From contig OZ243938.1 in assembly GCA_965214095.1 (NCBI GenBank), positions 2,176,001-2,240,000 of the forward strand: a DNA stretch of 64,000 nucleotides, given 5' to 3'. The notes under the pieces were generated by a model, which was not told where the DNA came from, made no database searches, and saw nothing but the letters and a program-made list of their open reading frames with translations. Made by a program: the position numbers and the translations under genes. Of this stretch, positions 61,312 through 64,000 are shown piece after piece. The number at the start of each line of letters is the position of its first letter. Within the stretch, counting starts at the first letter, position 1. This DNA comes from Candidatus Poribacteria bacterium (GTDB taxonomy: Bacteria > Poribacteria > WGA-4E > WGA-3G).

Positions 61312-64000
61312 CTAAAAATCCAAACTCACACCCATCATAATCAGACGCGGAGAACTCCACGAAGCCGGATTGGAATGCTTCTGTGCAGTCAACGGAATAC
61401 CATAACGATCATACGTAACTGCATCAAGTATGTTATATAAGTTTTTCGTGTTGAAGATATTCCGAATATCCGCAAAGAAGGTATACGTCATCCCACCAAC
61501 ACGACTCCGTTTGCTAACAAGCGCATCAACATTGTAAGTCGCAGGATACCGTTTTGAGTTAATCGCCGGTTTAACCGGTGCTCTCGGATTTGGTGTGTAG
61601 GGTAAACCACTGCCATATCTACCGACAAAGTTAACAGCAGAAGTAAATGGCAATTGAATGTCTAATGTTGCGGAAACAATATGACGTTGATCCCAAGACA
61701 ACGGATGACTTTCAGTCACTTCAGGCTGCTGACGGTAGTAAAGCAGGTATCCCAGATTTCGACTGGAACCTTTACCTTTTGCCACAGAATAGGTATAACT
61801 CAGCATACCAGAAACTGGGCTCCTACCTGTCCGCCATTTACGAATTGTGAGTTCAAATCCCTGAACGCGTCCGTAAATATCATTGAAGAAATAACTATAA
61901 TCGTTGGATATATCTACATGGATACTATTGACAAGGTTTTGAATGTCTTTGGTAAATCCTGTGATGTCAACTGTTAAATCATCCGTGAATTGCTGGGCAA
62001 TTCCGACTTCATAAGCGATAGTCCTTTCAGGTTCCAAATCAGGATTACCTCGTCTACGGATTGCCCCTCGCATATCAAAATTAAGGTTTTCATACAGATC
62101 ATCACCGCGTGGTATCTGATAATAATGTCCATAAGTAAAGTGCAACTTTGCTCTTTCTGTAATCGGGAACGAAATACCAAGTCGTGGTGCGACCATGTGT
62201 TTCGTTGATGCCTCAACTGGATTATTGATAATTGGCAGCCCAACCGAATAGGTACTATCGTCTAATTTTATTGTACCATCCTCTTCGTTTAGGACAAGTG
62301 GATCTTCCGGTTCTTCGGGTGAGATACCGTCTGGATTATAAATATCATACCGCAACCCAGCATTGACAATCATGCCTTCATATTCCATCTTATCTTGTGC
62401 ATATAGACTGACAGATGTAGGTGTAACATCGTAATACTCCATATACAGGTTTGAACTTCCGTAATTCGTTGTTCCGAGATTGTAGAGATGGTTCGCTGAG
62501 AATTCAATACCGGACTGGATTTGATGATTTTCCGTAACTTGACTTGCAAAAACTCCCTTGAGAATGGATGTCGTGGAATTGCGGGTAACCCAGAAGTTGT
62601 TATCTCCAGCAACATCATAAGTTGTGTCATTATACGCATGTTGTGCGGGGTTTCTAATTCTTCCCTCTTCTTGATTCTGCTCAAAAGATTTTTCAGGATC
62701 ATACGCGTTATCTTCGAATGTTTTGTTCAACGGATCCCACAGTTTACTAGGCTGATTACTATCGTAGGAACGGTGAAATTGTCCAAACGTTAAGGTCCAA
62801 AATGTCCCTGAGTTGATATTGTGTGAAAGTTGAACGGAAAGGCTTCGACCATCTCTGTTATCCACTTCAATTGCGTTGGGTATGAAACGGAGACTTCCAC
62901 CAGCGTTGTTAAATTCACGTATGTCATAAAGTCCACTTGCAGTCAGTTTAATTTGCGGTGTCACTTCAAACTTGAGTTTGCCTTGTAGTGTGTGTCCACC
63001 GCTATTACTATTAGGCAGATAACTTTCATCTCTACGTAACTGACTGGCGAAGGAGAATGTCAACCGATTGCCTAATATCGGACCACTCAGCGCGAACTCT
63101 CCGATGCGACTCGGAGATAACCCGTATTTTTTGGTGTTGTTGAATAATCCGCTATATTGCTCCAAATCCACAATGTAACCATCTATCAGCGTAACCTGTT
63201 TTTTCTCATAGTCAATCACTGTGCCATCAGCGTCCATGAATGGTTGACGTTCCATAATGGCTTCACCCGTTTCTTCATTCACTATGGCTTCACCCGTTTC
63301 TGGATCAGTCACGGGTTGTAATGGGTTTTCGGTCCTATCCGCATATACGTTAGAACCTGGAGATATTTCTTTGAAGATGATCTGATCATCACCTTCTCGT
63401 TCAGCCAATTCACCAACTGTGACAGGGTTCCCGCGATAGGGTGTCTGATAATCGTAAGGTTCACCGATAAATATACCCCTGAAAGGTTCAAGTGCTACTG
63501 GTCGGAAACCGTTGTCTGGGTCTAACCAAGATCCGTAATAGGGGTCACCATGGTGCTGTCCCCATTGCCCTACCCGATATCTAATCCTACCAGAGAATTT
63601 ATTTGTGCCAGCTTTCGTAATAAGATTAATCACACCAGATTGTGCATCACCGTGTTCCGCATTAAAACCACCAGTGATAACCTCCATCTGTTCAAGTGCA
63701 TTTGTGCTAATCTGCAATCCCATACCTCTAAAAATTGGATCATTCACTGGAATACCATCAATCAGGTATTTAATCTCCATTGACCTACCACCGCGTATAT
63801 GTAGCGAACCAGATGAATTAAGCACAGCAACACCCGCTTGTGTTTGGAGAATGCCGTTCACGGTATCGCGCGGCATGGAGGCAATTTCGTCTGCTTCAAT
63901 AATACGCGTGGTCTGCGTCACATCCTTTTTAATCAGGGGTTTGGTCGCGGTTACTGTTACGCCTTCAAGTTCCATTACCTCTGTAGCATCTAATGCGAAG
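61312..64000 (-). CDS. TonB-dependent receptor (5' end outside the window)
   Basis: LHIRGGR..YLIDG..V.DP, ITGGFNAEHGDAQSGVINLITK plug; PRLGISFPI, GNPDLEPE, C-terminal GVSLDF; frame stays open to the window edge. Confidence 0.93.
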   Translation of the reverse strand, partial: FALDATEVMELEGVTVTATKPLIKKDVTQTTRIIEADEIASMPRDTVNGILQTQAGVAVLNSSGSLHIRGGRSMEIKYLIDGIPVNDPIFRGMGLQISTNALEQMEVITGGFNAEHGDAQSGVINLITKAGTNKFSGRIRYRVGQWGQHHGDPYYGSWLDPDNGFRPVALEPFRGIFIGEPYDYQTPYRGNPVTVGELAEREGDDQIIFKEISPGSNVYADRTENPLQPVTDPETGEAIVNEETGEAIMERQPFMDADGTVIDYEKKQVTLIDGYIVDLEQYSGLFNNTKKYGLSPSRIGEFALSGPILGNRLTFSFASQLRRDESYLPNSNSGGHTLQGKLKFEVTPQIKLTASGLYDIREFNNAGGSLRFIPNAIEVDNRDGRSLSVQLSHNINSGTFWTLTFGQFHRSYDSNQPSKLWDPLNKTFEDNAYDPEKSFEQNQEEGRIRNPAQHAYNDTTYDVAGDNNFWVTRNSTTSILKGVFASQVTENHQIQSGIEFSANHLYNLGTTNYGSSNLYMEYYDVTPTSVSLYAQDKMEYEGMIVNAGLRYDIYNPDGISPEEPEDPLVLNEEDGTIKLDDSTYSVGLPIINNPVEASTKHMVAPRLGISFPITERAKLHFTYGHYYQIPRGDDLYENLNFDMRGAIRRRGNPDLEPERTIAYEVGIAQQFTDDLTVDITGFTKDIQNLVNSIHVDISNDYSYFFNDIYGRVQGFELTIRKWRTGRSPVSGMLSYTYSVAKGKGSSRNLGYLLYYRQQPEVTESHPLSWDQRHIVSATLDIQLPFTSAVNFVGRYGSGLPYTPNPRAPVKPAINSKRYPATYNVDALVSKRSRVGGMTYTFFADIRNIFNTKNLYNILDAVTYDRYGIPLTAQKHSNPASWSSPRLIMMGVSLDF

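Noticed and set aside
1-64000. Diversity-generating retroelement, retron, prophage or autonomous IS
   Set aside because: No reverse transcriptase, integrase, transposase or phage structural genes recognised; the cadherin repeat differences do not look adenine-specific.

Overview
AT-rich (roughly 40% GC by eye) bacterial chromosomal window using the standard genetic code. The gene content suggests Candidatus Poribacteria, a sponge symbiont (inference): a cadherin/LRR giant adhesin, WD40, TPR, YWTD, TolB-like, LamG and HEAT repeat proteins, two PhyH dioxygenases, two sulfatases, and a recurrent C-terminal 'K-x-x-x-x-W-[GA]-x-[IL]-K' tail. Identifiable genes include a type III restriction-modification pair, a fused glycyl-tRNA synthetase (glyQS), glycerate kinase, a DgoD-like dehydratase, a HigBA locus with a nonsense-interrupted toxin, and a TonB receptor / T9SS-CTD-like protein / PorV-like set. 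No rRNA, tRNA, CRISPR array or transposase gene was seen. Highlights: (1) a probable new secreted selenoprotein at 9255-9950 (-), with an in-frame Cys-UGA-Gly and a SECIS-like hairpin starting 11 nt after the UGA; (2) a shared C-terminal motif on five unrelated secreted proteins, a candidate sorting signal; (3) many nested MITE-like elements with TIRs and target duplications, most carrying a GTAG-type REP hairpin; (4) REP-derived sequence encoding the alpha-beta linker of GlyRS. All calls come from reading the sequence; no database searches were run.
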